A stretch of DNA of 64,000 bases, from assembly GCA_963835065.1 (NCBI GenBank), contig CAWIEK010000063.1:1-64000 (forward strand), given 5' to 3'. Shown in pieces: positions 1-8,947 of the stretch. The translations under genes and the position numbers were made by a program. This stretch comes from an uncultured Chthonomonadaceae bacterium (GTDB lineage Bacteria; Armatimonadota; Chthonomonadetes; Chthonomonadales; Chthonomonadaceae). The number at the start of each line of letters is the position of its first letter. Within the stretch, counting starts at the first letter, position 1. The notes beneath the pieces were generated by a model that was not told where the DNA came from, ran no database searches, and was given only the letters and a program-made list of their open reading frames with translations.

Positions 1-91
1 GTTCTTTGGGAATGATAGGGAGAAATCGTGCGCGTGTTTTTTATTTTTGCCTTGCAGTCATTTTCTTTCCCAATCCACCAGGAGGTGTCTT

Positions 92-1010
92 TTGTACCAA
101 ACCAGTTTCCCCACACGTACTAAATCAGCCTTTACGCTGATCGAATTGCTCGTCGTGATTGCAATCATTGCAATCCTGGCGGCAATCCTGTTCCCTGTGT
201 TCGCCCAGGCGCGCGAGTCGGCGCGAAAAACGTCGTGCCTGAGCAACGAAAAGCAGCTTGCCACCGGAACCGCCATGTATGTCCAGGATTTCGATGAAAC
301 CTACTTCGGTCCCTGGGATTGTGGGACGTACCTGCTGCGCGACAGCGATGGCTCTCCAGTATCGCAACTATCTGCCGTGGACGGCTCTGATACAGCCCTA
401 CGAGAAGAACACGGATTTGCTGATCTGCCCTGATCAGACGGACCAGGCATTCATCAAAGCCGCTAACCCCATCGCGCGCAAGGAGCTGTACTCGGGCTAC
501 GGACTGAACTATGGCTATCTGACCACCTTCAACGGCACCTGCGCCAATACCGGGCAGTACTCGTTTCCGGGAATTTCGCTGGCGCAGGTCAAGCGCGCGG
601 CAAACACTGTTCTGCTAGTGGATACGGTTGGGCTGAACTATGCCAGCCGCAGCGCCGGCACCGTCTGGACGCCGGTCGGCACGACGGTAGAACCGCCCAT
701 TGACTGCTATGCCTTTGCCCGCTCTACGACAGACTGCGACGCTTTCTCGGATGGCTGGACGGGCACAACCGACAGCCTCACCGCAGGTTATGATTTCCCC
801 GGCTACGGCGGCGCGTCGTTCCGGCACGCTGGCGGATCGTGGAAAGACAAGACTCTGCCCGACGGCGGCACAAACGTGGCCTTCTGCGATGGGCACGCCA
901 AGTTCTTCAAGGCGGGCGCGCTGCTGGCGGGCACAAACTTCGATCCCACAAAGGGCGGTGGCGCTAAAGTGACGGACACCAGCGCTTATATGTGGGACCC
1001 GAACAACTAG
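92..1010 (+). CDS. DUF1559-type prepilin N-terminal cleavage/methylation protein with C-terminal H-X9-DG-like motif; one frameshift near 350-358
   Basis: [33 protein letters not shown] in ORF 47..433, continued in ORF 258..1010 ([22 protein letters not shown]). AGGAGG RBS before TTG at 92. Confidence 0.85.
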
Positions 1011-1040
1011 ACCCAATAACGTAAAAGGAGCGATACATTC

Positions 1041-1232
1041 ATGCGTAAACTGATACTTGCCGTTGTTGTCTGCTGCGCCTGTACGCCCCTGATGGGCTGT
1101 CACGGTGGCGATGATGGCGGTGAGAACAAGGTCATTCAGTCCAAAGGCGGCAATCCCCCTGTGGAAAAGCCTGCCGACCCCAGCCGCGTCAAGCCCACCT
1201 TGAGTACCTCGGGTGGCGGAGCCGGAAAGTAG
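1041..1232 (+). CDS. small lipoprotein
   Basis: AAGGAG RBS; signal peptide with lipobox LMGC; follows the prepilin gene. Confidence 0.65.
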   Translation: MRKLILAVVVCCACTPLMGCHGGDDGGENKVIQSKGGNPPVEKPADPSRVKPTLSTSGGGAGK

Positions 1233-1399
1233 GCGTACTTCGCCATTGATGAAAGCGCAGAAATGCGCAGGCAGTGGCGCAAAGCGAAACTGAATACCGA
1301 CAAATGGAAGCGCGTCCCTGACAACGCAGCAGAGTACCAGAGATGGTAAACTCTGTTCGCTGTTAAGGACGCGCTTTTTGTTCCGGGGATTGAAAACAC

Positions 1400-1504
1400 C
1401 CGGCAGGAAAGTGCAAGCGTCTTCCAGACGCGATACACTGTTGTACAAAGGTTTGCGTCCGTAGGACGCTTGTTTTGTCCTGCCGGGTACTTTCAGTACC
1501 CGGC
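1400..1504. repeat. long imperfect intergenic hairpin plus overlapping short hairpin between convergent genes
   Basis: CCCGGCAGGA..CAAGCGTC..GACGC pairs with GCGTC..GACGCTTG..TCCTGCCGGG; GCCGGGTAC-TTTCA-GTACCCGGC at 1482-1504. Confidence 0.55.
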
Positions 1505-1525
1505 AACAAACAGGATGCGGGCATT

Positions 1526-3409
1526 TCACAGCAAAAGGCTATGTAAGGCAAGGACGGCTTCGGCGCGCGTTCCCGTAAACGTTTCTGGCGCGGGAACAGC
1601 CTTGTTCGCTGTTGCTGACATAGTTGCTTCTGCCGCCTGCCGCCATGCCTGCCAATTGTCGGGTGTAATCGGCTCGTCGGGACGGAACCGTAAATCTTCC
1701 GGGTTGCCGAGCGACTCGCAGCACAGGGCAAGCGTTTGTACAGCCGTAAATGCGGGATGCGAAAGCGGCACGTCCACGTACCAGTTCAGCGCAATGCCGT
1801 TCGCCAGCAAGGATTGCTGATAGCTGTGCCGTAATGCGGCGTCTTCATAAACGGCGCGGAGCGAGTGGTTTTGCCGCGCGGCAAACGCGGCCAGCAGTCC
1901 CGCCGACTCGCCGATGTTCCATTCAATCGGATGCAGGCGGTACGCGCCGTTTGTTAAATGGGTCGTGCCCAGGTTCTTGCAGGCCGGGAGCAGGTTTGTC
2001 CAGCGAACCGGAATCAGCGCGCCCAGTGGAATCTGAAACGGGCGCGTGGCAACATAATGGTTGGGTTCGCCGTGTCCGTTGGGGTGAATGTCCAGCGCAT
2101 AATGTCCCACGCCGACAGAATCCGGCATAAACGCAGCCCGCGCCTTCTCGCCCCGCCACACACCTCCCCCAAAATCCTTAACCACAATCTCGTGTTCCAA
2201 AATCGGACGTAATGCTTTAATTCGCCGCGACTCCCGAATATAGGGTTCGGGCGCGCAGCCATCCGGCGTATCGAACCAGTCGGCGCGCAGGCGGAATTCG
2301 GGATAACCTAGAGGGGGAGAGGAGGAAACATCTACAGAGCCTTTTTCCTCTTCTCCTCTTCTCCTCTTCTCCCCCTCTCCCTCTCTCCCCCTCTCCCCCT
2401 CTCGACTACACTCCGTTTGCAGCCAGTACACATAGCCCAGGGAGGCGCGGCGCGCGCGGGCAAGCGTGGCCTGGATTTGCGCGGGGTCGCCGACGAGTTC
2501 GTTTGGGCCGAGGATGTTGCCGCCGTAATAATCGTTGCCTGCCGTGTTGATCATGGCGACATCGTGGGGGATGCGCGGATCGTCGAAATTTTCCGCCGCC
2601 AGAACGCGCCGGTACTGCCACCATGGGGCGCGGCCTTCAAAAAGTCCCGTAATCGCGCCGTGCAGAATTTTGTAATCCTGCTGCGCTTTCAGTTCTTCGT
2701 AGTCGTGGGGCGGCGCGATGATGTTTGTGTCGGCGGTTTCGGGCGACCATTCCAGCGCGAAGGGAAACGTGAACGGCTGCACCCAATGCGGGCGGGCTTC
2801 GGGCGGGGCGTCTGGTTCCCCGGTTTCCGTTTGCGACTCCGCGCCAATCACCCAATCCACGCCTTCTTGTCCGCACAGCGCCAGGATTTCGCCCGTATCC
2901 GTAGCGTCCAGCACATAGCGCGGCACAAAGCGTAGGATGCTGCCGTCTGCGGTTTCTGTGATTACGACGGCAATAGCGTTCGGGTCATTCGGGTTCATCT
3001 CGCAGGCGGTGACGCGCGTGTTGAGCAACACTTGCAGGCGTCCGGCTGCTTCGCCTGGTCGCAGCATGTCGCGCAGAATCATCGCGCCCACTTTCGGCTC
3101 GTAGCTCAATCGGCTGACCCAACAGCTTCCAGGGTTGAAATACGGCTGTTCTGCGCCCTTTGCGCTGAGTTGGTACGTGGCGCGGTAATGCGCGCGCATC
3201 CGGTTGCGAAAGTCGTAGTAGCGTCTCGTTCCGCCGAAGGTTTCGATATGCGCCTGCTCGTCGGGCGTACAAACCCCCTGCGCCGTTAATTGCCCGCCAA
3301 GCCAGTTTCCCGCTTCCAGCAGGCACACGGACGCGCCTGCTTCGGTTGCCGCCAGTGCCGCCGCGCACCCGCCCGCGCTCCCGCCCACAATCACAATGTC
3401 ACACTGCAT
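1526..3409 (-). CDS. FAD-dependent oxidoreductase (FAD_oxidored family)
   Basis: DIVIVGGSAGG..AA Rossmann start; LGGQLTAQGV; DATDTG; PYIRESRR; AYRLHPIEWNIGE. Confidence 0.88.
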   Translation of the reverse strand: MQCDIVIVGGSAGGCAAALAATEAGASVCLLEAGNWLGGQLTAQGVCTPDEQAHIETFGGTRRYYDFRNRMRAHYRATYQLSAKGAEQPYFNPGSCWVSRLSYEPKVGAMILRDMLRPGEAAGRLQVLLNTRVTACEMNPNDPNAIAVVITETADGSILRFVPRYVLDATDTGEILALCGQEGVDWVIGAESQTETGEPDAPPEARPHWVQPFTFPFALEWSPETADTNIIAPPHDYEELKAQQDYKILHGAITGLFEGRAPWWQYRRVLAAENFDDPRIPHDVAMINTAGNDYYGGNILGPNELVGDPAQIQATLARARRASLGYVYWLQTECSREGERGREGEGEKRRRGEEEKGSVDVSSSPPLGYPEFRLRADWFDTPDGCAPEPYIRESRRIKALRPILEHEIVVKDFGGGVWRGEKARAAFMPDSVGVGHYALDIHPNGHGEPNHYVATRPFQIPLGALIPVRWTNLLPACKNLGTTHLTNGAYRLHPIEWNIGESAGLLAAFAARQNHSLRAVYEDAALRHSYQQSLLANGIALNWYVDVPLSHPAFTAVQTLALCCESLGNPEDLRFRPDEPITPDNWQAWRQAAEATMSATANKAVPAPETFTGTRAEAVLALHSLLL

Positions 3410-3435
3410 TTCGCTGCCCTTCCCGTAAAAATTAG

Positions 3436-3587
3436 TAACTTTTCACCACCAAGTCTCTAAGAACACCAAGTAAAGCAGGCACTACTAACAGATCAGAACA
3501 CGCGAATCCTTCCATATCTTCTGTAATTTACAACGTCCTTCTTCTCGTTCTTCTTGGTGTTCTTGGCGGCTTGGTGGTGAAAAGTTA
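3436..3587. repeat. palindromic intergenic element (~35-bp arms)
   Basis: TAACTTTTCACCACCAAG..AAGAACACCAAG versus CTTGGTGTTCTT..CTTGGTGGTGAAAAGTTA. Confidence 0.8.
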
Positions 3588-3747
3588 AAAATTACTTCTT
3601 CTTTCTGGAGTCTACCCGTATTGAACCGGATACAGAAAGGGAGAAACGTTCCGAGGGGCAGATTCTCAGGAAAACTTCCCCGTTCCTGTTTGCTGTTGAC
3701 GCCCTGCGCAACGATATAGGAGCCGACACTTGCTTGAGGAACTAATC

Positions 3748-4572
3748 ATGACTCTTTTCAATCTTGCTTCCACTCCCGATGCCCTGCGGCGCGCGTACCG
3801 ACAGGAACGCGATGCCTGGCTTGCGCATACAGCGCCGATGCTGGAAAACGATCCGCGCGTGATTGCGGCCTGGCTGTTCGGCTCGTTGGGACGGGGAACC
3901 GAAGACGATTTGAGCGATGTGGATATTTTTGTGGTTCTTGCGGATGCCAGCGCCGACAGGGTTATGGCAAACCGGCAGGAACATATTGCTTCGCGCGAAA
4001 AACCTTTGCTCCTGCTCGACGCGCCGCAGAACGCCCCGCCTTTTGGCGCGTACAATATGGCGCTGTACGATGGACAATCAGGGCCGCATCAGGTGGATTG
4101 GTACTGGCAGCCGCAAGCGCAGGCGCGTATTCCCACCCAAACACGATTGCTTTTTGATCGCGCCGGGCTTCCGCATTCGGACGGCCCGCCGCAGTTTACC
4201 TATCAGCCCGTGCCGGAGCGTACGCCTGAAGAAGCCATCGCGCAGGCCGTCAACTTTTTCTGGGCCATGCTGCTGATTACCGCCAAATACGCGGTTCGCA
4301 AGCCCGATGATTCCGATACAGGCTTGCTTACCTACCCACTCACATCCCTGCGCGAAGTACGCGCGTTTACAGGCGACACTACGCCCATGCCGTTTACAGC
4401 CGACGTTTCCTGCCCGGACTTTGGCACGAGATTGCGCCTGCTGCGCGTTCTGGCTGACGATATGGAACGGCAAATGCCGAAATTATCCGTTCGTGACATT
4501 CCCATTCCTGACGGTATCGCCCCATCCATGTATCGGTATTTGGATTTTGTCGAGACAGTTGGGAAAAGGTAA
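3748..4572 (+). CDS. Pol-beta-type nucleotidyltransferase domain protein (aminoglycoside/lincosamide adenylyltransferase-like architecture)
   Basis: WLFGSLGRGTEDDLSDVDIFVV = GS..DxD NTase motif; GAGG RBS before ATG 3748. Confidence 0.75.
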   Translation: MTLFNLASTPDALRRAYRQERDAWLAHTAPMLENDPRVIAAWLFGSLGRGTEDDLSDVDIFVVLADASADRVMANRQEHIASREKPLLLLDAPQNAPPFGAYNMALYDGQSGPHQVDWYWQPQAQARIPTQTRLLFDRAGLPHSDGPPQFTYQPVPERTPEEAIAQAVNFFWAMLLITAKYAVRKPDDSDTGLLTYPLTSLREVRAFTGDTTPMPFTADVSCPDFGTRLRLLRVLADDMERQMPKLSVRDIPIPDGIAPSMYRYLDFVETVGKR

Positions 4573-4655
4573 AAAGTTCTGCAACTTTCCACCTGCCGAA
4601 CCTGTCAAGGCTAAACCTGTGTTACGAATGAACGAATTAACGACAAGGAGGAACC

Positions 4656-6902
4656 ATGTCCCCGCTCCATTCCGCGGATTCCGCTGCCGCGAAGGAACAA
4701 CCGGAACGCCCGCCCGCCGATCAGAACACCGCCCTTGCCGCCGACGTTCCGATGCTGCCTGCGCTGATTCAACTGGAAGGCGATTACGCCGAGGACGGGC
4801 AGTATGGCCGCCGCATTTTTGAAGTGACCGCCGAACAAGTCCGCGTGATGGAAGCCAACGGCGCGGTTTCGTTCCAGATGCCGATTGCCGAAGTAAAATC
4901 CGCCCGCAACGAGCCGATGGTCGGCGGCGGGCAACTGGAAATCACCACCAAAACCAACGAAATCGTGCCTGTACTCGCGTACTCGCTGACCCTTGCCGCC
5001 AAGTTTTCGGAAGCGGCGCGGGGATTGGAGCAGCTTGCCAAAGGGGAAGAACTCTGCATCAATCTGAAGCTGGAACGCCTCCGGTGCGAGAAATGCGACC
5101 GCCTGCTTCCCGAAAAGGACGGTATCTGCCCCGCCTGCGTCAATCGCCGCAAAACCCTGCTGCGTATCGCGGGCTTTCTCGGCCCATACCGACGCCATGC
5201 GGCGGGACTTATCGGGCTGGCCCTGCTTACGACGGTTATCAACTTACTGCCGCCGATTATACAGGGCAGCATCATTGACAATGTGCTGACCACGCATCGC
5301 AACATCGGCAAATTGGGCGGACTGATGGGCGCGTGGCTGGCGATTGTGGTTGTCGCCACGCTCGTACAAATCGCCACCGGACGCCTGACGGCGATTTTGA
5401 GCGGCAGCATCGCCGCAGATTTACGGGCAGGCGTGTACCGCGCCATCGAGCAATTGCAGGTCAGCTACTTCGACAAAAAGCAGGTGGGCGCGATTACCAG
5501 CCGCGTCACACAGGACACGGATCGCGTGTGGGGCTTTCTCGTGGACGGCCTGCCATACCTGGTTTCCAACGCGCTGCTGCTTGTCGGCGTCGGAGCCTTG
5601 CTGTTCGCAACGAATTGGAAACTCGCCCTGTACGTGCTGTCGCCCATGCCGCTCGTCCTGCTGCTCAGTGGCGTGTTCTGGAAGCCGATTTCCCAAAAGT
5701 ATTTCCGCGTCGGCCAAAAGTGGGCGCGCTTTCACATGCACCTGAACGAATCCTTGACAGGTATTCGCGTCGTGAAAGCGTTTGCCAAAGAAGACCACGA
5801 GTACGATAAATTTACGCGGCACAACCTGGAATTGCGCGACGCGGGCGTGGAAGCCGACGTGAAATGGTTCACGATTTTCAGCGCCATGATTCTGTTCACC
5901 AGCCTGGGCGCGCTGATAAACTGGACGGTTGGCGGCTACATGGTGTACCGGGGCGAACTCTCGCTCGGCAGCTTCATCCGTATCAACGCCTTCATCGGCA
6001 TGATCTATATGCCCCTGCAATGGTTCGGGCAGTTGAACCAGTGGTTCAGTCGGGCAATGGCGGGCGCGGAGCGGATTTTCGAGATCATAGACGCGGAAAA
6101 AGAGCAGTACGCCAAAGAAAACGGCAAGCCTCACGCCATTGTGGGCGAGGTGCAGTTTGATAATGTGCGCTTCGGTTACGACAAGTCCAACCCGATTTTG
6201 AAGGGGCTGAACTTTACCGCGCAGCCGGGGGAAATGATCGGGCTTGTCGGCAAATCCGGCGCGGGCAAATCCACGACCATCAACCTGCTGTGCCGCTTTT
6301 ACGAACCGGACGCGGGCAGCATCAAGATTGACGGCATAGATTACCGCGACATTACCTTGCAGGACATGCGGCATCAGATCGGCATCGTGTTGCAGGAACC
6401 GTTTCTGTTCAACGGCTCGGTTGCCGAAAACATCGCGTATGGCAAGCCGGACGCGAGTTTTGAAGAGATCGTCGCAGCCGCCAAAGCCGCCAACGCCCAC
6501 AACTTCATTTTGGGCAAGCCGGACGGCTACGACACGATGGTAGGCGAAAAGGGCGGCAAGCTATCGGGCGGCGAGCGGCAGCGCGTATCCATTGCCCGCG
6601 CCATTCTGCACAACCCGCGCATCCTGATTCTGGACGAGGCGACTTCGAGCGTAGACGTGGAAACCGAAAAACAAATACAGGAAGCCATCAGCCGCCTGAT
6701 TGCCGGACGCACCACGTTCGCCATCGCGCACCGCCTGTCCACATTGCGCAACGCCAGCCGCCTGATCGTGCTGGAAAAAGGCGAAATCGTCGAAATGGGA
6801 ACCCATCAGGAACTCATGGAAAAGAAGGGCGAGTTCTACAAACTGGTAGAAACGCAATCGCAAGTCACGCAAATACTCGGCGTCATTGGTGAAGACAAAT
6901 AA
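4656..6902 (+). CDS. ABC transporter, fused permease/ATPase with Cys-containing N-terminal extension
   Basis: Walker A GKSGAGKST, LSGGERQR, ILDEATS, IAHRLST; TM region; CEKC...CPAC in N-terminus. Confidence 0.95.
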   Translation: MSPLHSADSAAAKEQPERPPADQNTALAADVPMLPALIQLEGDYAEDGQYGRRIFEVTAEQVRVMEANGAVSFQMPIAEVKSARNEPMVGGGQLEITTKTNEIVPVLAYSLTLAAKFSEAARGLEQLAKGEELCINLKLERLRCEKCDRLLPEKDGICPACVNRRKTLLRIAGFLGPYRRHAAGLIGLALLTTVINLLPPIIQGSIIDNVLTTHRNIGKLGGLMGAWLAIVVVATLVQIATGRLTAILSGSIAADLRAGVYRAIEQLQVSYFDKKQVGAITSRVTQDTDRVWGFLVDGLPYLVSNALLLVGVGALLFATNWKLALYVLSPMPLVLLLSGVFWKPISQKYFRVGQKWARFHMHLNESLTGIRVVKAFAKEDHEYDKFTRHNLELRDAGVEADVKWFTIFSAMILFTSLGALINWTVGGYMVYRGELSLGSFIRINAFIGMIYMPLQWFGQLNQWFSRAMAGAERIFEIIDAEKEQYAKENGKPHAIVGEVQFDNVRFGYDKSNPILKGLNFTAQPGEMIGLVGKSGAGKSTTINLLCRFYEPDAGSIKIDGIDYRDITLQDMRHQIGIVLQEPFLFNGSVAENIAYGKPDASFEEIVAAAKAANAHNFILGKPDGYDTMVGEKGGKLSGGERQRVSIARAILHNPRILILDEATSSVDVETEKQIQEAISRLIAGRTTFAIAHRLSTLRNASRLIVLEKGEIVEMGTHQELMEKKGEFYKLVETQSQVTQILGVIGEDK

Positions 6903-6911
6903 AAATTCATC

Positions 6912-7039
6912 TCACCACAGAGGCACAGAGACACAGAGGTTTCACAGAGAAAAAATGGAGAGAAGAGGAGGTTCTTTTGTCTTTCTTTCCCTCTGGAATT
7001 CCTCTGTGAAACCTCTGTGTCTCTGTGCCTCTGTGGTGA
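6912..7039. repeat. palindromic intergenic element, perfect 38-bp arms built of ACAGAG units
   Basis: TCACCACAGAGGCACAGAGACACAGAGGTTTCACAGAG (6912-6949) and its reverse complement at 7002-7039. Confidence 0.9.
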
Positions 7040-7063
7040 AGGTTTGTTCTGAAGGAGGCAACA

Positions 7064-8236
7064 GTGGAGATACGCGAACTTAGACCCGAGGAGCAGGAAA
7101 CGGCGACGTATATCGGGCGGCAGGCGTTTGCGCATGGGAATCGGGGCGGGACCGGCTGGCAATCCGACCCGAACTGCCCGCCGCTTACGTCATTGGGCGT
7201 GTTTGATGACGCGGGGATGCAGGCGCGGTTGAACATTATTCATTACCGCGTTCACCTGGGCGCGGATGTGGTTGTACCGATGGGCGGAATTGGCGGCGTG
7301 GCGTGTCTGCCCGCCAGTCGGGGCAAGGGGTACACGGGCAAGCTGCTGCAAGCCGCGCTGGAGCGGATGCGCGACCTGCAAATGCCTATTTCATCGCTGT
7401 TTCCGTTCAGTTGGGAGTTTTACCGGCGTTATGGCTGGGAGTGGGTAGGCTGGACGCGCCAGTACAACATTCCCACGCGCCTGTTCAAGCCCAGCCCGCA
7501 TACGGAACACGTTCGCGCCGCAACCCCTTCCGACCGTTCTCAAATCGAAGCGTGTTACACCGCGTATGCTCAACGATTTCGGGGTATGCTGGAACGCGAC
7601 GAGAAACGCTGGAACGACAAACTCAAAGACCGGGACGACAAATATACCTTTACGTTCGTGTACGAGAACAACGGCATCGTGGAAGGCTACTTGTCCTATC
7701 ACGGCGGCTCGGATGACGAAACCTGGCTGAGTGAGTTTATCGCGCTCACCCCGAACGCGCGTTTAGCCTTGTTCGGACTACTGCGCCGCCACGACATGCA
7801 GACGGAAAAGTTCGCCTGGCGCGCGCCCGACAACGATCCGCTGTTTCACCAGCTATGCCATGACGACATTAACATCAAACTGTTTCCGACCACGCAGGGG
7901 CGCGTCATAGATGTTGCCGCCGCTTTTGCCGCGTGGAAGCCCGACACGGACCTGCGCGGCAGTGTCCGCCTTGCGGTTACGGATGAACACGCGCCCTGGA
8001 ATCAAGGCATCTGGCACATCGAATTCGAGAACGGCCAAACCGACATCCGCAAAACCGACCGCGAAGCCCAGGTCACTCTGTCCATACAAGCCCTGTCGCA
8101 AGCCTACTACGGCACTCCAACCTTAGACGAAATTCGCGAACAAGCGCATCAAATCCAAGTTCACGATGAAAGCGGCTACGAGGCTCTGCGCGACCTGCTC
8201 ACCGGCCCGCCCATGTGGACCTACGACAGCTTCTAA
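7064..8236 (+). CDS. Eis-family GNAT N-acetyltransferase with SCP-2-like C-terminus
   Basis: MGGIGGVACLPASRGKGY, SLFPF...FYRRYGWE, RVIDV..AF, D..APWN.G.W. Confidence 0.88.
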   Translation: MEIRELRPEEQETATYIGRQAFAHGNRGGTGWQSDPNCPPLTSLGVFDDAGMQARLNIIHYRVHLGADVVVPMGGIGGVACLPASRGKGYTGKLLQAALERMRDLQMPISSLFPFSWEFYRRYGWEWVGWTRQYNIPTRLFKPSPHTEHVRAATPSDRSQIEACYTAYAQRFRGMLERDEKRWNDKLKDRDDKYTFTFVYENNGIVEGYLSYHGGSDDETWLSEFIALTPNARLALFGLLRRHDMQTEKFAWRAPDNDPLFHQLCHDDINIKLFPTTQGRVIDVAAAFAAWKPDTDLRGSVRLAVTDEHAPWNQGIWHIEFENGQTDIRKTDREAQVTLSIQALSQAYYGTPTLDEIREQAHQIQVHDESGYEALRDLLTGPPMWTYDSF

Positions 8237-8256
8237 AAATCTGCATTGGAGACCCT

Positions 8257-8730
8257 ATGGAACCCGCAAGTTTGAAACTGTTTTACCATCCTAAAGACCG
8301 GCTGCGGCTGACGATTGGCGAGGAGAAATCCTACCCAACCGTAAAGCCCGCGTGGGCCGCGCCCCTGTCGCGTCCCAATCACTATTTGTGTCTGCTGGAT
8401 GGCAAGGGCAACGAGATCGTGATGCTGACCGATCCCGCCGCGCTGCCGCCCGATTCGTGGGAGGCCGTACAGCAGGAATTGCGACGGCGGTACATGACCG
8501 GCACGGTGACGGCGATTCACGACGCCCGCGTGGAATACGGCGCGACCTATTGGAGCGTGGACACCAACCGGGGCAAGCGCGACTTCGTGACGCAGAGCCT
8601 GCAGGAAAACGCGCAATGGCTGTCGCCCACGCACTTATTGCTCATAGACGTGGACGGCAACCGCTTCGAGATTCCCGACGTGAACGCCCTCGACCTCCGC
8701 AGCCACAACTTCATCACGGCAATTTTATAA
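8257..8730 (+). CDS. DUF1854 domain protein
   Basis: PLSRP..Y.CLLD.KGNEI; EL.RRY; W.V.TNRG.R.F; LLLIDVDGNRFEIPD. Confidence 0.85.
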   Translation: MEPASLKLFYHPKDRLRLTIGEEKSYPTVKPAWAAPLSRPNHYLCLLDGKGNEIVMLTDPAALPPDSWEAVQQELRRRYMTGTVTAIHDARVEYGATYWSVDTNRGKRDFVTQSLQENAQWLSPTHLLLIDVDGNRFEIPDVNALDLRSHNFITAIL

Positions 8731-8792
8731 AGCCATACCTTCGCCTTGAAGCGCTTATTGCATAGCGCCTCACACATAGGATTATGCAAGCA

Positions 8793-8858
8793 AAGCCCCT
8801 CTTCTACAATCATAGGAGCCGCAAACGCGGAATTCCTATGATTGTAGAAGAGGGGCTT
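8793..8858. terminator. perfect 25-bp inverted repeat between convergent genes (bidirectional terminator or REP-like)
   Basis: AAGCCCCTCTTCTACAATCATAGGA (8793-8817) / TCCTATGATTGTAGAAGAGGGGCTT (8834-8858). Confidence 0.7.
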
Positions 8859-8947
8859 AAACAGGCAGTTCTAAAAGGCTCCAGCGCAAGGATGCACAAC
8901 GCATCACCCTAACCACCTAAAACCCTAGAACCCTAATCCCCTACACC

